From: a virus
Virus record (IMG/VR): IMGVR_UViG_3300046314_000658
Direction: 5' to 3' (one strand)
DNA: 64,000 nucleotides
Shown here: piece by piece, positions 37,623 to 47,711 of the stretch
Position numbering within the stretch: the first letter of the stretch is position 1
How the letters are laid out: each line of letters opens with the position of its first letter
The notes under the pieces: generated by a model
What the model was told of the DNA's origin: nothing
Database searches by the model: none
Seen by the model: the letters and a program-made list of their open reading frames with translations, nothing else
Position numbers and translations under genes: made by a program

Positions 37623-38321
37623 TCAACTTGCTAGTTTATCTCGAGCAATTGCCAGAAATTCTTGTCGAACGTACGGATTATTGACAAACTTGCCACTCAT
37701 CGCGCACGTAACAGTATCAGCTGCAGTGTCTTTTGCACCACGTGTTGACATACACAAGTGAGCCATTGAAGCAAACACTGCAACATCATCGGACTTGGTG
37801 ATAAACTTTATTGCTTCTAAGATCTGGTGTGTCAATCGTTCCTGCACTTGAGGTCGGGCGGAAAAGAAACTAACAACCCGACTAACTTTTGATAATCCTA
37901 ACACACGCTCGTTGGGAATATAAGCTACTACTACTGCGGGTTTGTTTAAACCACCTGCAGGAATTATACTTAAAAGGTGATGTTCGCACTGAGACACCGC
38001 AGAACATGCGATGTTTACAAACTCATCAGGCGCCGACATTTTGTTATCTACAGTGGTGCACTTTGGGAAATTATTGTAATCCAAGCCCCACATAAAGTCA
38101 TTGACCCACATTTTACCAACACGATTAGGGGTATCAATCAAACTGTCATCAGTCAAATCTAACCCCAACGCCTCAAGCATTGTTCTTGTAGATGCGGCGA
38201 TAATATCAATTTGCTCTTGTTTAGACAGTTTTTGCTCAATCATTGGAGTCTCGAGCCCTAGTGAAATTAAGTGTTCGTGGACTTGTTTGCCGAGTTCGGG
38301 ATTTGCTTTGCTCATTTTCAT
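37623..38321 (-). CDS. folE: GTP cyclohydrolase I
   Basis: DTPNRVGKM, CEHHL, GLSK..R, RPQVQERLT, HLCM..RG, RQEFL. Confidence 0.95.
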   Translation of the reverse strand: MKMSKANPELGKQVHEHLISLGLETPMIEQKLSKQEQIDIIAASTRTMLEALGLDLTDDSLIDTPNRVGKMWVNDFMWGLDYNNFPKCTTVDNKMSAPDEFVNIACSAVSQCEHHLLSIIPAGGLNKPAVVVAYIPNERVLGLSKVSRVVSFFSARPQVQERLTHQILEAIKFITKSDDVAVFASMAHLCMSTRGAKDTAADTVTCAMSGKFVNNPYVRQEFLAIARDKLAS

Positions 38322-38349
38322 TATTTCCTTCTATTAATAAGAGTTCTAT

Positions 38350-38637
38350 TTACACTAGTTGAATGCCAGATACTTCTTGCAAGTACTGCTTTTCAAAGTC
38401 ATTATCTACTGCGATTGTAGCAACTACGTGCGCTACCGGAACGGTGATTGCCGACAAGTCGACTGCTGCCATAAAGATTGGTGTTAGTGCCAACCCCATT
38501 CCACCTTTACCGTTTGGTACAAGTTGGAGGCGGCGTGGATCTTTCAGTGTGATGGTTCCATCATCACTAAGTTGTTGAGTGTGTTTACCAATCCACTCTT
38601 CACCGTTTGTTACCTTGATTGCGATTACTGTTGTCAA
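38350..38637 (-). CDS. Conserved Sm-like-fold phage protein
   Basis: IKVTNGEEWIG..ITLKDP...YLQEVSGI pattern. Confidence 0.6.
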   Translation of the reverse strand: MTTVIAIKVTNGEEWIGKHTQQLSDDGTITLKDPRRLQLVPNGKGGMGLALTPIFMAAVDLSAITVPVAHVVATIAVDNDFEKQYLQEVSGIQLV

Positions 38638-39194
38638 TTTGAGTCCTTATTTAAAATAGCATTTTGCACATATACAGATAGAATGTCCACTGATTCGAAG
38701 TTGTTATCAACTTCGTGATGGATTTCAGAGTGCTGCTCTACAAAGTTGCGAATTTTATCATCCATCACAATCGATTGTTCAAGTGTTTGCACTCGTCCCT
38801 CTTGTTTGAAGATTGATGGATCGCGCTTGATCCACAGGTTCAGATTTTGATACTTACTATTCAGTGCAAGTGATAATTTTTCAAACTCATCGTGTGGATA
38901 TTCCGGAATGTACTCTCGTGCGTATGGAGCAAATAGTAGTAGCGGGCAATCGCTAACTACGACTCTGACCTTACCATCTAGTGCCCATAATTTTTGGTGC
39001 TGATTAGCAAGCATCACCTCAGGGTGTTCGAGGACATTACCGTGATTGAGCCAAACTGACATCTTATGCCACTCATCAACATACTCACAATCAACACCAG
39101 ATTGCTTTAATAGACCAGCAAGTAGTAGTGCTACGGTAGTTTTACCGACACCCGCACCTGAGAAACAATTAATTACCAACAGTTTAGATTTCAT
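38634..39194 (-). CDS. P-loop kinase (AAA_28/NadR-like)
   Basis: GAGVGKTT, VSDCPLLL, EGRVQT. Confidence 0.75.
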   Translation of the reverse strand: MKSKLLVINCFSGAGVGKTTVALLLAGLLKQSGVDCEYVDEWHKMSVWLNHGNVLEHPEVMLANQHQKLWALDGKVRVVVSDCPLLLFAPYAREYIPEYPHDEFEKLSLALNSKYQNLNLWIKRDPSIFKQEGRVQTLEQSIVMDDKIRNFVEQHSEIHHEVDNNFESVDILSVYVQNAILNKDSN

Positions 39195-39807
39195 TTTTAA
39201 TTCCACTTACGGTGAATAGTTTATCGTGACCAGTAGCAAGCGTGCAGATTTGTGTTACTGTGATTTTATCTACAACTGCATCATAGGCATCAAAAGATGT
39301 AACGATATCTTTCGTTTGCTCCACTGGAGTGAGGATTTCAATTTGATTAGGAAGAGTATTGATAGGAAAGGACTTGATTTCACACGTGTCCGTGAATACT
39401 ACAACGTCATATTGGTCAAATACTGCAAACTCGGTGTTATCTAGGATTGGACCAAAGAAATAGCTCTTGAATAAGTTCGGAGAATTGATGTATGTGTTTG
39501 CAGAGTCTTGCTCAGCTTGCGATTTAACGATTGTATCCACAACATAACTTGTGGAAAGATTTAATAGAATTTTTGCAAACAAGACTCCGTGATTCCCAAT
39601 TGTGATAATGCGCTTCGGAGTTTCGTGTACTGTTCGATTAAGATGGGAGGCGAGTGCAAATATAGTAAGGAGTTGTCTACCAGATGCTGAAATGCCAGGA
39701 CTGTACGATAGTGATAAGCTATCTGTAAGAATACTAATTGGAATTAGTGTTTGTGTTGAAAATGTTGGTTGGAAAAGTTCAGAAAAAGAAACAGAGGGAG
39801 TAGTCAT
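39184..39807 (-). CDS. Hypothetical protein
   Basis: 207-aa ORF overlapping the next gene. Confidence 0.55.
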   Translation of the reverse strand: MTTPSVSFSELFQPTFSTQTLIPISILTDSLSLSYSPGISASGRQLLTIFALASHLNRTVHETPKRIITIGNHGVLFAKILLNLSTSYVVDTIVKSQAEQDSANTYINSPNLFKSYFFGPILDNTEFAVFDQYDVVVFTDTCEIKSFPINTLPNQIEILTPVEQTKDIVTSFDAYDAVVDKITVTQICTLATGHDKLFTVSGIKNEI

Positions 39808-39869
39808 TAAACAATCATCGTTGGTGATAACTGAATATTACCCCCTCTGTGCAGGTGGTTACAACAAAA

Positions 39870-40226
39870 TTATGGTGTAGGTGCAGTGATTGGTACACCA
39901 TATTTTGCTAGCACAGCAAGCACTCGATCTTCAAATGGTGGCAAAGGTGTAGGAGTTGGGGCAGGTGTGGGGGGAGTAATAACTTGTGGAGCATAACTCA
40001 CAATCCCGGATGTTCCGACCGGGACTGAAACTACAGTGGCAGTTGATTCAATCCAACGATGAATTGGTGCATATTGTTCAACAATTGTACCAACATCCCC
40101 ATCATTAACAGGTAGTGGCATGCCAACAAGCATAGTTGGGTAACCTGCTGCCGTATATTCGACTTCCATCGTCTTCGACTCAGGTGATGATGTAATCACT
40201 TTATACGTATATGTAATAGTTGACAT
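39870..40226 (-). CDS. Hypothetical protein downstream of fibre genes
   Basis: AAGGA SD; Pro/Thr linker. Confidence 0.6.
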   Translation of the reverse strand: MSTITYTYKVITSSPESKTMEVEYTAAGYPTMLVGMPLPVNDGDVGTIVEQYAPIHRWIESTATVVSVPVGTSGIVSYAPQVITPPTPAPTPTPLPPFEDRVLAVLAKYGVPITAPTP

Positions 40227-40327
40227 TTAATTTCCTTTTTAATACGAGGAGTACTCGATGCACGCCTCGTGATTCGTAATATACTTATGGTTAAATAAGC
40301 AGAGTGCCACGTCACACAGTTGGGTGA

Positions 40328-43243
40328 TTAAATAATGACTCCCAAGCGCGTACCTGTTGCACCCCACACAACAGGGTGTCCATTCGTCAAGACAGCTGCA
40401 CCACCTGCACCACCTGCACCTGGATATTGCGCAGCACCAAACCTACCTCCCTCACTACCAGCTGCACCAAGATTACCACCACCACCACCTGCCGTTCCGT
40501 ACCCATCACCACCAATACCACCTGACCATGATCCAGCACCACCAGCGCCTCCAGTAGTTGTTCCACCCCACGAACCATCACTACCATATATTGTCGTTGA
40601 CAGTGTACCATACTTATCAACGACAATTGATAGATGCGCCCCCAAACCGCCAGCGCCGGCGGCATAACCAGCACCACCACCACCACCACCACCACCGTCT
40701 TGTCTATCCCCTGTCGAGCCTTTACCACCACCACCACCACCACCACCAATTGTACCGTAGTTAAAAATAGTAAATGGTACATTAGAACCAACATTAATTG
40801 CGGTACCACCTGCATAGCCGTTAGTACCTTCTGTACCGTACCCCCCTCCAGCACCACCTGCACCTAACACGTATCCATAATTCAATACCCGAAGTTCCAC
40901 ATAATCACCCATTGTCCACCCTGCACCCACATCGAATGCTGGATATGCCGTAGAGATGGAGCCGATCACGCTGTTCGCATTAACAGTAACAATAACATCT
41001 GATTGTCCAGGTAAATACCCAGCGCCACTTACATTAACTCCAGTGCCGTGTTGAGATGTATACACATTATTAATTACAGTAAAGTTATGTATACCTGCAG
41101 ATGTGACTGTAATATACACCGTCCGACGATCGACTGTTGTGTCAACTGAATTCGAATTACCTCCAGCAAAATTTACTGCTGTTAGCGTTGTTGTGTACGT
41201 ACCTGAAGTTGTATAAGTGTGTGTTGGATTCTGTTGAGTTGAAGTAGTACCATCACCAAAGTTCCACAGCCACGAAGTTGGTGAATTACTAGACGTATCA
41301 GTATAGGTAACAGTGACCGGCACCGTACTACCACTTGTTGTGTGACTAAAACTCGTAACAACCGCAGGGGGAGTTATCGTCACAGCTTGAGATGATGTTT
41401 GTGTTCCAATGGTATTATATGTAGTTAGAGTAATTGTACGAGTACCGTACGTGGTGTACACGTGAGCTGTATTTTGCGATGTGGCCCCCGTACCATCACC
41501 AAAATCCCACTGCCACGATGTTGGACTATTAGCCGAGGTGTCAGTAGCAACTATTGTTATTGGTAAGGTTCCAACACCTGATGAAAGAGTGAAAGAGGAT
41601 GCTGGTGCTAGTCCAACACTCACTAGATCGACCATCGTTTTTACTGATGTATTACCCACATCCAATGCAGTGTTGGATAGTACATTCGTGGCAGTTAGAC
41701 TAACCGTATATCGTCCCCAATTTGCATACGAATGTGTTGGATTCTGTTGAGTTGAAGTAGTACCATCACCAAAGTTCCACAGCCACGAAGTTGGTGAGTT
41801 ACTAGACGTATCGGTAAACGTGACTGAAAATGGGGATGTATCAGCTGTATTGCGCGTTGGGGTGGTGTAAGAGAAATTGGCAATCGTTGGTTCACCAACC
41901 TGAACCGCGTGTGTAACAGTAGCTGTATTACTTCCAGCAGCATTCGTAACAAGTAGAGATACAGTGAAATCCCCCATTGTCGTGTACGTATGAGCAGGAT
42001 TGCGATCAGATGATGTTGTGCCGTCACCAAAGTTCCACAGCCACGATGTTGGTGAACCAGTTGACTGATCTGTGAAAGCAAGTGTAAAAGGCGTAGTCGC
42101 ACTCACATCAGGGTTGGAGTCGGGACCAACTAGAAATTGTGCTACTGGCAACCCTGCAGCACTAATTCCACCTTGTGCAGATGTAGTACCAACAGAATTT
42201 ACAAGTGTTAGTGTAACAACCCTGGAACCTGCTGTTGTGTACGTGTGAGATACATTGCCGGGAGTGGTTGATGTAGTACCATCGCCGAAGTCCCAAGTGT
42301 ATCGTGTTGGTCCAAATGCGTCACGCGAACTGACAGTCGTTTGAGTGGATGTATCAGTGAAATTAACAACCATTGGTAGTGTACCTGTAGTAGCAGATAC
42401 AATAAATCCCGCTAGCGGCAGTTGAGTGGGTGGATATAGTGCAGCATTTATTGCATCAATGGATGCTTGGATTTGTAAAAATGTTGATTTGATGGTTGCA
42501 ACTCCATACATGCCAGCATTACAAATCGTAAAATTGTCAGCAGCTAATACATCAACTATTGAAGATGGTGCAAATACTCCATTAGCTTGTGCCAGTACTC
42601 GTACATTGGTAATAAGCGCTAACCAATGTGTTGGAGTTGGTTTAGTAGCTCCTGTTAAAATAGGCAGCGTACCAGGGATCGTTGTTAATGCATTAGTGGC
42701 TGCTGTAAGAGTATTATATTCTCGTTGAGATGCATATGGAATACAACTGATGTCGCTCCAGCTCGCGTCATACGAACGGAACGTATACGTAGACGTATCG
42801 AACCACAACTCACCTGGCACTGCTTGTGAAGCAGTTGCAGCAATGTTAACAGATGCACCCAACTTGTAGAAAGTATTATTGCGACCGTACCAACGTGGTA
42901 CAGCTGGTTCAAACGAGGTATCTACCCAAATTTGACCTGGTATCGCATTTTTGGTGTATTTTGGAAAAATGTAAGTTGATTCACTTGGTTGAGAAAAGTT
43001 TTCTAGCAAATAAAATAGATTATTCCAAAGTGGAGCACCATATCCCCTACTACGATGACCATACAACACAACATCCAACGGAACTCGCTTCACTGGATTC
43101 GAGTGATTGAGGTTAGTAGTGTTTACACCAGGTCGATTAGTTTGGTCAGTGACCTCAATCTCGATAAAACGACCATTGTCTGTACCATCGAGATTAAGGA
43201 CGTAATCACTGTATTTTATTTTGTAGGTATCGCCAATCATCAA
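40328..43243 (-). CDS. Fibre/adhesin with about five PKD domains and a Gly-rich gp38-like C-terminus
   Basis: Five W.FGDG PKD motifs; NYG.(I/V).GGGGGGG glycine-rich head; LLENF..P..GQIW N-terminal module. Confidence 0.8.
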   Translation of the reverse strand: MMIGDTYKIKYSDYVLNLDGTDNGRFIEIEVTDQTNRPGVNTTNLNHSNPVKRVPLDVVLYGHRSRGYGAPLWNNLFYLLENFSQPSESTYIFPKYTKNAIPGQIWVDTSFEPAVPRWYGRNNTFYKLGASVNIAATASQAVPGELWFDTSTYTFRSYDASWSDISCIPYASQREYNTLTAATNALTTIPGTLPILTGATKPTPTHWLALITNVRVLAQANGVFAPSSIVDVLAADNFTICNAGMYGVATIKSTFLQIQASIDAINAALYPPTQLPLAGFIVSATTGTLPMVVNFTDTSTQTTVSSRDAFGPTRYTWDFGDGTTSTTPGNVSHTYTTAGSRVVTLTLVNSVGTTSAQGGISAAGLPVAQFLVGPDSNPDVSATTPFTLAFTDQSTGSPTSWLWNFGDGTTSSDRNPAHTYTTMGDFTVSLLVTNAAGSNTATVTHAVQVGEPTIANFSYTTPTRNTADTSPFSVTFTDTSSNSPTSWLWNFGDGTTSTQQNPTHSYANWGRYTVSLTATNVLSNTALDVGNTSVKTMVDLVSVGLAPASSFTLSSGVGTLPITIVATDTSANSPTSWQWDFGDGTGATSQNTAHVYTTYGTRTITLTTYNTIGTQTSSQAVTITPPAVVTSFSHTTSGSTVPVTVTYTDTSSNSPTSWLWNFGDGTTSTQQNPTHTYTTSGTYTTTLTAVNFAGGNSNSVDTTVDRRTVYITVTSAGIHNFTVINNVYTSQHGTGVNVSGAGYLPGQSDVIVTVNANSVIGSISTAYPAFDVGAGWTMGDYVELRVLNYGYVLGAGGAGGGYGTEGTNGYAGGTAINVGSNVPFTIFNYGTIGGGGGGGGKGSTGDRQDGGGGGGGGAGYAAGAGGLGAHLSIVVDKYGTLSTTIYGSDGSWGGTTTGGAGGAGSWSGGIGGDGYGTAGGGGGNLGAAGSEGGRFGAAQYPGAGGAGGAAVLTNGHPVVWGATGTRLGVII
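41220..41812. repeat. 80-bp direct repeat (41220-41299 and 41733-41812) within PKD domains
   Basis: 79/80 identical by eye. Confidence 0.85.
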
Positions 43244-43321
43244 CTGTATCCTTGCAATAGTAACTATTTAGGCGTCAATTGAATTGGTTATCCTATTACT
43301 TCCCGATTACCGACTAGATCG

Positions 43322-44476
43322 CTACGCTACAGTGATTATCTGTGTAGTAGATGCAGTGCCAACTGTATTTGTAACTGTTAGAGTTATTGTATACGTACCC
43401 ACAACAGTAAATGTATGATTTGGGTTGATGTCTGTCGATGCTGTGCCGTCGCCAAAATTCCACAAGTGAGTTGCACCAGACGCATGTACGCTATTATTAG
43501 TAAAATTAACCAACATTGGTGCAACACCCTGTGTGAGAGATGGTGCAAAAGCTGCAACCGGAACAGGTGTTTGATTGGTGGCGAGGCGTGTAAAAATGGC
43601 ATTACACACTACAATTAAAGCATCATAATACTGTTGGAGCAATTGGAACCCAAATCGATCAGTTGAGTAATATCTAAATGTAGTAGGTACCAGTGTAGAC
43701 GTGTCTACGGGTGGAGTTAGTGCATCGCCGAATTGCTTTACGTATGTGAATAGTGCCAGCCACTCGACGTCTGTAGGTTGATGGTTTATTGGCAATACGC
43801 TTGGACGACCAACCATATTCCATGCAGCAAACTGCGTGGCTAAGGAATTATATTCTGCAACTGCAGCATATCGATGATATAATACATTAACCCACTTTGC
43901 TCCAATTGCGAGACCCACTTGAGAATGTAGTGTTGGGTGACCTGCACTATCAACAGGACCAGTCGGGTCAATTGTTGTATATGGAGAGACTACAGCAGCA
44001 GAGGTTGTAGCCAACGTAGTATCCCAAAAGAACAACCCACGATTATCAGGATTGTACCATAACGTCGGACCATTAACGACGGGTGGGGTTGAACTGACAA
44101 AAATACGAGAATTTACATTATTCCAAACAGAATTAATTGGATCAGTACACACTTGCAATGCACCAAGTGTGCTACTCTTATTAAACCACAACTGTCCGAG
44201 TACTGGGTGCTGTGGTTTAGTAGAGCTTGCAAAATTTTCAAGAAGTTGCAACATATTAGTCCACAACACTTGACCATATTCGGGATTACGGTACCCAGTG
44301 AATACCAACGATAATGGGGTAGGAGCAATCTGGTTATTAGCACTATCGTATAGTACTGGTTGGTCTACGTTTGTTCCGAGAGGAGCAATAGTAAAGAAAT
44401 TGTCAACACTCCCTGCGTATCCTGTACGACCTTGGTTGCTGTAGTTGATCTGGTACGCAATATTTGAGGTTGCCAT
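43322..44476 (-). CDS. Fibre-associated protein with one PKD domain
   Basis: GYR.PEYGQ.LWTNMLQLLENFA..P..GQLWF module; C-terminal WNFGDG. Confidence 0.75.
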   Translation of the reverse strand: MATSNIAYQINYSNQGRTGYAGSVDNFFTIAPLGTNVDQPVLYDSANNQIAPTPLSLVFTGYRNPEYGQVLWTNMLQLLENFASSTKPQHPVLGQLWFNKSSTLGALQVCTDPINSVWNNVNSRIFVSSTPPVVNGPTLWYNPDNRGLFFWDTTLATTSAAVVSPYTTIDPTGPVDSAGHPTLHSQVGLAIGAKWVNVLYHRYAAVAEYNSLATQFAAWNMVGRPSVLPINHQPTDVEWLALFTYVKQFGDALTPPVDTSTLVPTTFRYYSTDRFGFQLLQQYYDALIVVCNAIFTRLATNQTPVPVAAFAPSLTQGVAPMLVNFTNNSVHASGATHLWNFGDGTASTDINPNHTFTVVGTYTITLTVTNTVGTASTTQIITVA

Positions 44477-44508
44477 CTGGTATAACGAAGTATGAGTGTG
44501 GTAAGTAT

Positions 44509-47079
44509 TTAGGCAATTGTTCCGTAACAAGTGCCCCATGTACCAAGCGGAAGCGCAAACCCGCCAGATCCAACAACAGCTGTACCACCCCCACCGCCGT
44601 TTGAAGCGACGTAGTCACCAGGCCAAGCAGAACCCTGCGCGCCTCCTGCACCCCAAGATCCGCCTGCACCAGAGTTGCCATGTCCTGATGGTACAATAGC
44701 TCCACCAGGGCCACTAAATGTGCCTGGATAACTCCAGCCGTATCCACCTGCAGAATTGGTCCGACCCGATTGGCCACCACCTCCACCTGGACTAGATACT
44801 TGATATGGAGAATAAGATCCACCACCTCCTCCGCCACCACCAGCAATTACTCCGTAGTTACGTACTTTATATAATACATATGGAGTTCCATCATGTCCCA
44901 GAGCCGGACCACCAACACCTCCACTTGATGTAGGAATATCAACCACCCAATTTACAGCTTTGCCACCACCGCCACCATCATGTTGCCAGTTACCATTGCC
45001 ACCAGCACCACCCATACCCACAATATAGCCGTAGTTGATGATAGTAAAATCACTGCCGACTGGCAACGATCCTCCTGTGCGCAATGCATACTGTGCCGTT
45101 GAATTGGCACTAATTACCACACCAGTATTGATTGTTAGTGAACCGAAGACAGGTGAAATACCGTTCCAGCCCGCTGCAATTAACTTAGATCGGACGTCAA
45201 TGTTCTGTTCATCACTTGAGAGTACGATGCTAGTAGTGAATTGTGTACTAACGATGTTTGATGAAATCTTGGTTGAAGATCCTGCTGCATTGGTAGCAAT
45301 TAACGTGACTGTGAATACACCATTCGTAGTATATGTGTGCGACGGAGATTGTAACGATGAAGTGGTGCCATCGCCAAAATCCCATAGCCACGAAGTTGGT
45401 GAATTAGCTGAGGTATCTGCAAATGCCAATGTAAGTGGTGTGGCTCCACTTGTAGCGCCACTATATGTAAAGTTAGCGATTGGTGCGACAACTGTTTGTA
45501 CACACGCAGGTACAGTAACAGTATTAGATGCAACCGTGTTCGTTACTGTAAGACTAACTGTGAACAACCCCACTGTTGTATAGATGTGAGAAGGTGATTG
45601 CACAGTTGAGGTAGCGCCATCGCCAAAATCCCACAGCCACGAAGTTGGTGAATTCGAAGACGTGTCTGTGAAGTTTACCGTAAGAGGAGGTTGCGCAACT
45701 GCTGCCGTTGGGGTGCGGGTGAAGCTTGCAATTGGTGATGTAGTTGTGATCACCTGTGTAGTTGCTGTGTTAATAGATGCGCCAGCTTGATTAGAAGCTA
45801 CCAGTGAAATATCATACACTCCATTAGTTGTCGCACTGTATTGAAAGTTTTGTGTTGTTGCAGTAGTTACAACGGCACCAGTATCATGATTTGTCACTGT
45901 CCAACCCCAATTGGTCGGATTATTCGTTGAGGTATCAATAAATGTTGTTGACAGTGGTGGAATGCCAACTACTGGACCGATTGTATTAAAGCTAGAAACA
46001 GGCTTTGCATATGATGTGAGTACATCCGTAGCTGTGCCTACACTGGTTGAATTAGATGCAGTTAGAGTGATTGTGTATGTCCCAGGATTTGGATACGATA
46101 ATACGTGTGGACCTTCTAGATTACTAGAAACCCCATTGCCGAAATTCCACAACCACGAAGTTGCACCAAAAGTTGTTGAAGTGCACGTGATAGTTTGACC
46201 AGGTACGGCTGTAGCAGACGACAGTACAAAATCGACTGCGTTTGGTAGTGCTAAATTGGAAGAGGTTGCCCAACTCTTAGCGTGGGTGGACGTTGCATAC
46301 ACAAAATCAAATATCTCAAAGTATGTAGACATTCCGTGTAAACTTGAGGTTCCAGTAGGGCACCACTTGAAATCCTCACCAGAAGCAACTATCGCTGCAA
46401 TCGTGTTATATGCTTCAATCCAGTATGCAGCATTGATAGCAGGTGTTCCTGATTGGGCATTAGTGTCACGAATGTGAGCTATAATCGTTTGTACCCCAAT
46501 AAACAACAACTGCCACTGTGAAGTCGTTGGTGGGGTATTCGGTGAACCAGCAGTCGTAATTATCTTGTTAGTGGGAACAGCCAACCCCAGTGCTGCTCCA
46601 ACAATCACCAACTCATCTACCAGTGCATTATATTCCAACTGCGATGCGAATACTGTACAATTAATGCCAACCCAACTATTTAAAGCTCGATCCCAATACT
46701 TTAGTGAGTTTGTACTATCATCGAACCACAAATCGGGTGGATATAGTGGATCAATTGTTGCAGGAATAGTAGGTGGAGTTGATCCAATTGTTAGACCAGC
46801 ACCGATAACTTCCCACACACCTTGCTTATTATATACTTTTGGAACACCAGGTGATGTGGTCATATCCATCCAAATTTGCCCAGTGATTGGACTTCTTGGT
46901 GGGGACGGAGCAGCAAAATTCTCCAACATACGCAATACATTGGTCCACAGTGCCTCACCGTATACTGGGAACCGATAGCCAACAAATGTTAGTGATGTTG
47001 ACGTATCTTGTGTAGCTGGTAGAATCTCGATGGGCGCTAGCGCAGGATCACTGCGCTTAACTATATACTTACCTGGCAT
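44509..47079 (-). CDS. Fibre/adhesin with about four PKD domains and a Gly-rich gp38-like C-terminus
   Basis: Same N-terminal module; W.FG(D/N)G repeats; NYGYIVGMGGAGG and NYGVIAGGGGGGG. Confidence 0.8.
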   Translation of the reverse strand: MPGKYIVKRSDPALAPIEILPATQDTSTSLTFVGYRFPVYGEALWTNVLRMLENFAAPSPPRSPITGQIWMDMTTSPGVPKVYNKQGVWEVIGAGLTIGSTPPTIPATIDPLYPPDLWFDDSTNSLKYWDRALNSWVGINCTVFASQLEYNALVDELVIVGAALGLAVPTNKIITTAGSPNTPPTTSQWQLLFIGVQTIIAHIRDTNAQSGTPAINAAYWIEAYNTIAAIVASGEDFKWCPTGTSSLHGMSTYFEIFDFVYATSTHAKSWATSSNLALPNAVDFVLSSATAVPGQTITCTSTTFGATSWLWNFGNGVSSNLEGPHVLSYPNPGTYTITLTASNSTSVGTATDVLTSYAKPVSSFNTIGPVVGIPPLSTTFIDTSTNNPTNWGWTVTNHDTGAVVTTATTQNFQYSATTNGVYDISLVASNQAGASINTATTQVITTTSPIASFTRTPTAAVAQPPLTVNFTDTSSNSPTSWLWDFGDGATSTVQSPSHIYTTVGLFTVSLTVTNTVASNTVTVPACVQTVVAPIANFTYSGATSGATPLTLAFADTSANSPTSWLWDFGDGTTSSLQSPSHTYTTNGVFTVTLIATNAAGSSTKISSNIVSTQFTTSIVLSSDEQNIDVRSKLIAAGWNGISPVFGSLTINTGVVISANSTAQYALRTGGSLPVGSDFTIINYGYIVGMGGAGGNGNWQHDGGGGGKAVNWVVDIPTSSGGVGGPALGHDGTPYVLYKVRNYGVIAGGGGGGGGSYSPYQVSSPGGGGGQSGRTNSAGGYGWSYPGTFSGPGGAIVPSGHGNSGAGGSWGAGGAQGSAWPGDYVASNGGGGGTAVVGSGGFALPLGTWGTCYGTIA

Positions 47080-47138
47080 GTTGAATAATCCGTGGCGACA
47101 TTAGCGTGTATTTAGCTCCATTCGCCACGCGATCTATA

Positions 47139-47711
47139 TTATGTAGCCCAAACATCATCCCAAGAGCCCGACAATGCACCTTTGGCATAGTCAGTAACTT
47201 TACTCTCGAAGAAGTTTCCGTGTGTGGGAGCGCCAACCATTTCTTCTACCCAGGGTAATGGATTTTTCTTGACTTTGAAAATACCCTTCATACCAGCAGA
47301 AATCAATCGTCGGTCAGCGATGTAGCGAATGTACTGCTTGACTTCTGCTGCTGTAAGATTGCGCATTGTGCCACCACAAACACCAAACGCTAAATCAATG
47401 AATGCGTCTTCCAATTTAACCATTGTTTCACAGATCGAGTAGATCTCACTCTTCAACTCATCATCCCACACATCCTTATGCTCTGAGAGAAATGTCTTGA
47501 ACAGTTTGGTCATTGAAGAGCAGTGACAATTACCTGTTACAGACACTTTGTCGTTGTGCTTAATAACAAACGCACCAGTCGGCACTGTCAAACAATACAC
47601 ATCCGTTGCCGGAGATTCTATGTTAGTTATTGTAACGTTGTTGACCGATTCCACCGCAGGAGTGCGGCCGGCAAACATTTGTAAAATATTTAAAATATCT
47701 TCATTATTCAT
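47139..47711 (-). CDS. nrdB: Split intein IntC (61 aa) plus NrdB C-extein
   Basis: DVYCLTVPTG..VTGN|CH; YIRYIADRRL; NFFE..VTDY. Confidence 0.9.
   Translation of the reverse strand: MNNEDILNILQMFAGRTPAVESVNNVTITNIESPATDVYCLTVPTGAFVIKHNDKVSVTGNCHCSSMTKLFKTFLSEHKDVWDDELKSEIYSICETMVKLEDAFIDLAFGVCGGTMRNLTAAEVKQYIRYIADRRLISAGMKGIFKVKKNPLPWVEEMVGAPTHGNFFESKVTDYAKGALSGSWDDVWAT

Noticed and set aside
40335-40867. Pro-, His-, Val- and Thr-rich ORFs in alternative frames
   Set aside because: Shadows of GGT glycine runs in the fibre gene
41220-45660. Repeats considered as a CRISPR array or DGR template/variable pair
   Set aside because: They are in-frame PKD coding repeats with no spacers, no adenine-specific mismatch pattern and no reverse transcriptase in the window
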